This document shows positions 9,001-9,131 of a stretch of 9,131 nt of DNA, one piece after another. The position numbers were made by a program, and so were the translations under genes. Source of the DNA: Paraspadella gotoi (taxonomy: Eukaryota; Animalia; Chaetognatha); contig JBJCIZ010001598.1 in assembly GCA_051294375.1 (NCBI GenBank), forward strand, positions 1 through 9,131, read 5' to 3'. Under the pieces are notes generated by a model. The model saw nothing but the letters and a program-made list of their open reading frames with translations. It did no database searches and was not told the DNA's origin. Within the stretch, counting starts at the first letter, position 1. The number at the start of each line of letters is the position of its first letter.

Positions 9001-9131
9001 CTGAGGTGAAGAGCAGCAATTGAAAAGACTGTGAAAAGGCTGTTCAGATGAGACAGTCAACGGCTTTTGAAAAAAAAAAAGAAATATGGAGAACTGAATG
9101 AATTTCAATAAATTCCGTTCATCATAAATAC

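Noticed and set aside
1-9131. CRISPR array, tRNA, rRNA, spliced-leader RNA, transposase, integrase or reverse transcriptase
   Set aside because: By eye I found no regularly spaced direct repeats, no T-loop in a cloverleaf context, no conserved rRNA or nematode SL1 signature, and no catalytic motifs in the ORF track.

Overview
This window does not look like a prokaryotic or phage locus. I see no long ORF (longest 172 aa), no operon structure, and no recognisable protein family, rRNA, tRNA, transposase or CRISPR array. It reads as mostly non-coding, eukaryote-like DNA. AT-rich low-complexity blocks (poly-A/T runs, GA/CT microsatellites) alternate abruptly with GC- and CpG-rich blocks (about 1130-1440, 2050-2640, 3560-4380, 5530-6250, 6340-7660). 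Most ORFs in the supplied track are translations of low-complexity DNA or stop-poor GC-rich DNA. The supportable features are simple repeats, one canonical G-quadruplex motif, several local inverted repeats, a few splice-site and transcription-factor-like motifs, and a possible short acidic exon. I cannot support a novel multi-gene system here. The findings are low-confidence leads, and an assembly artefact or synthetic origin is not excluded.
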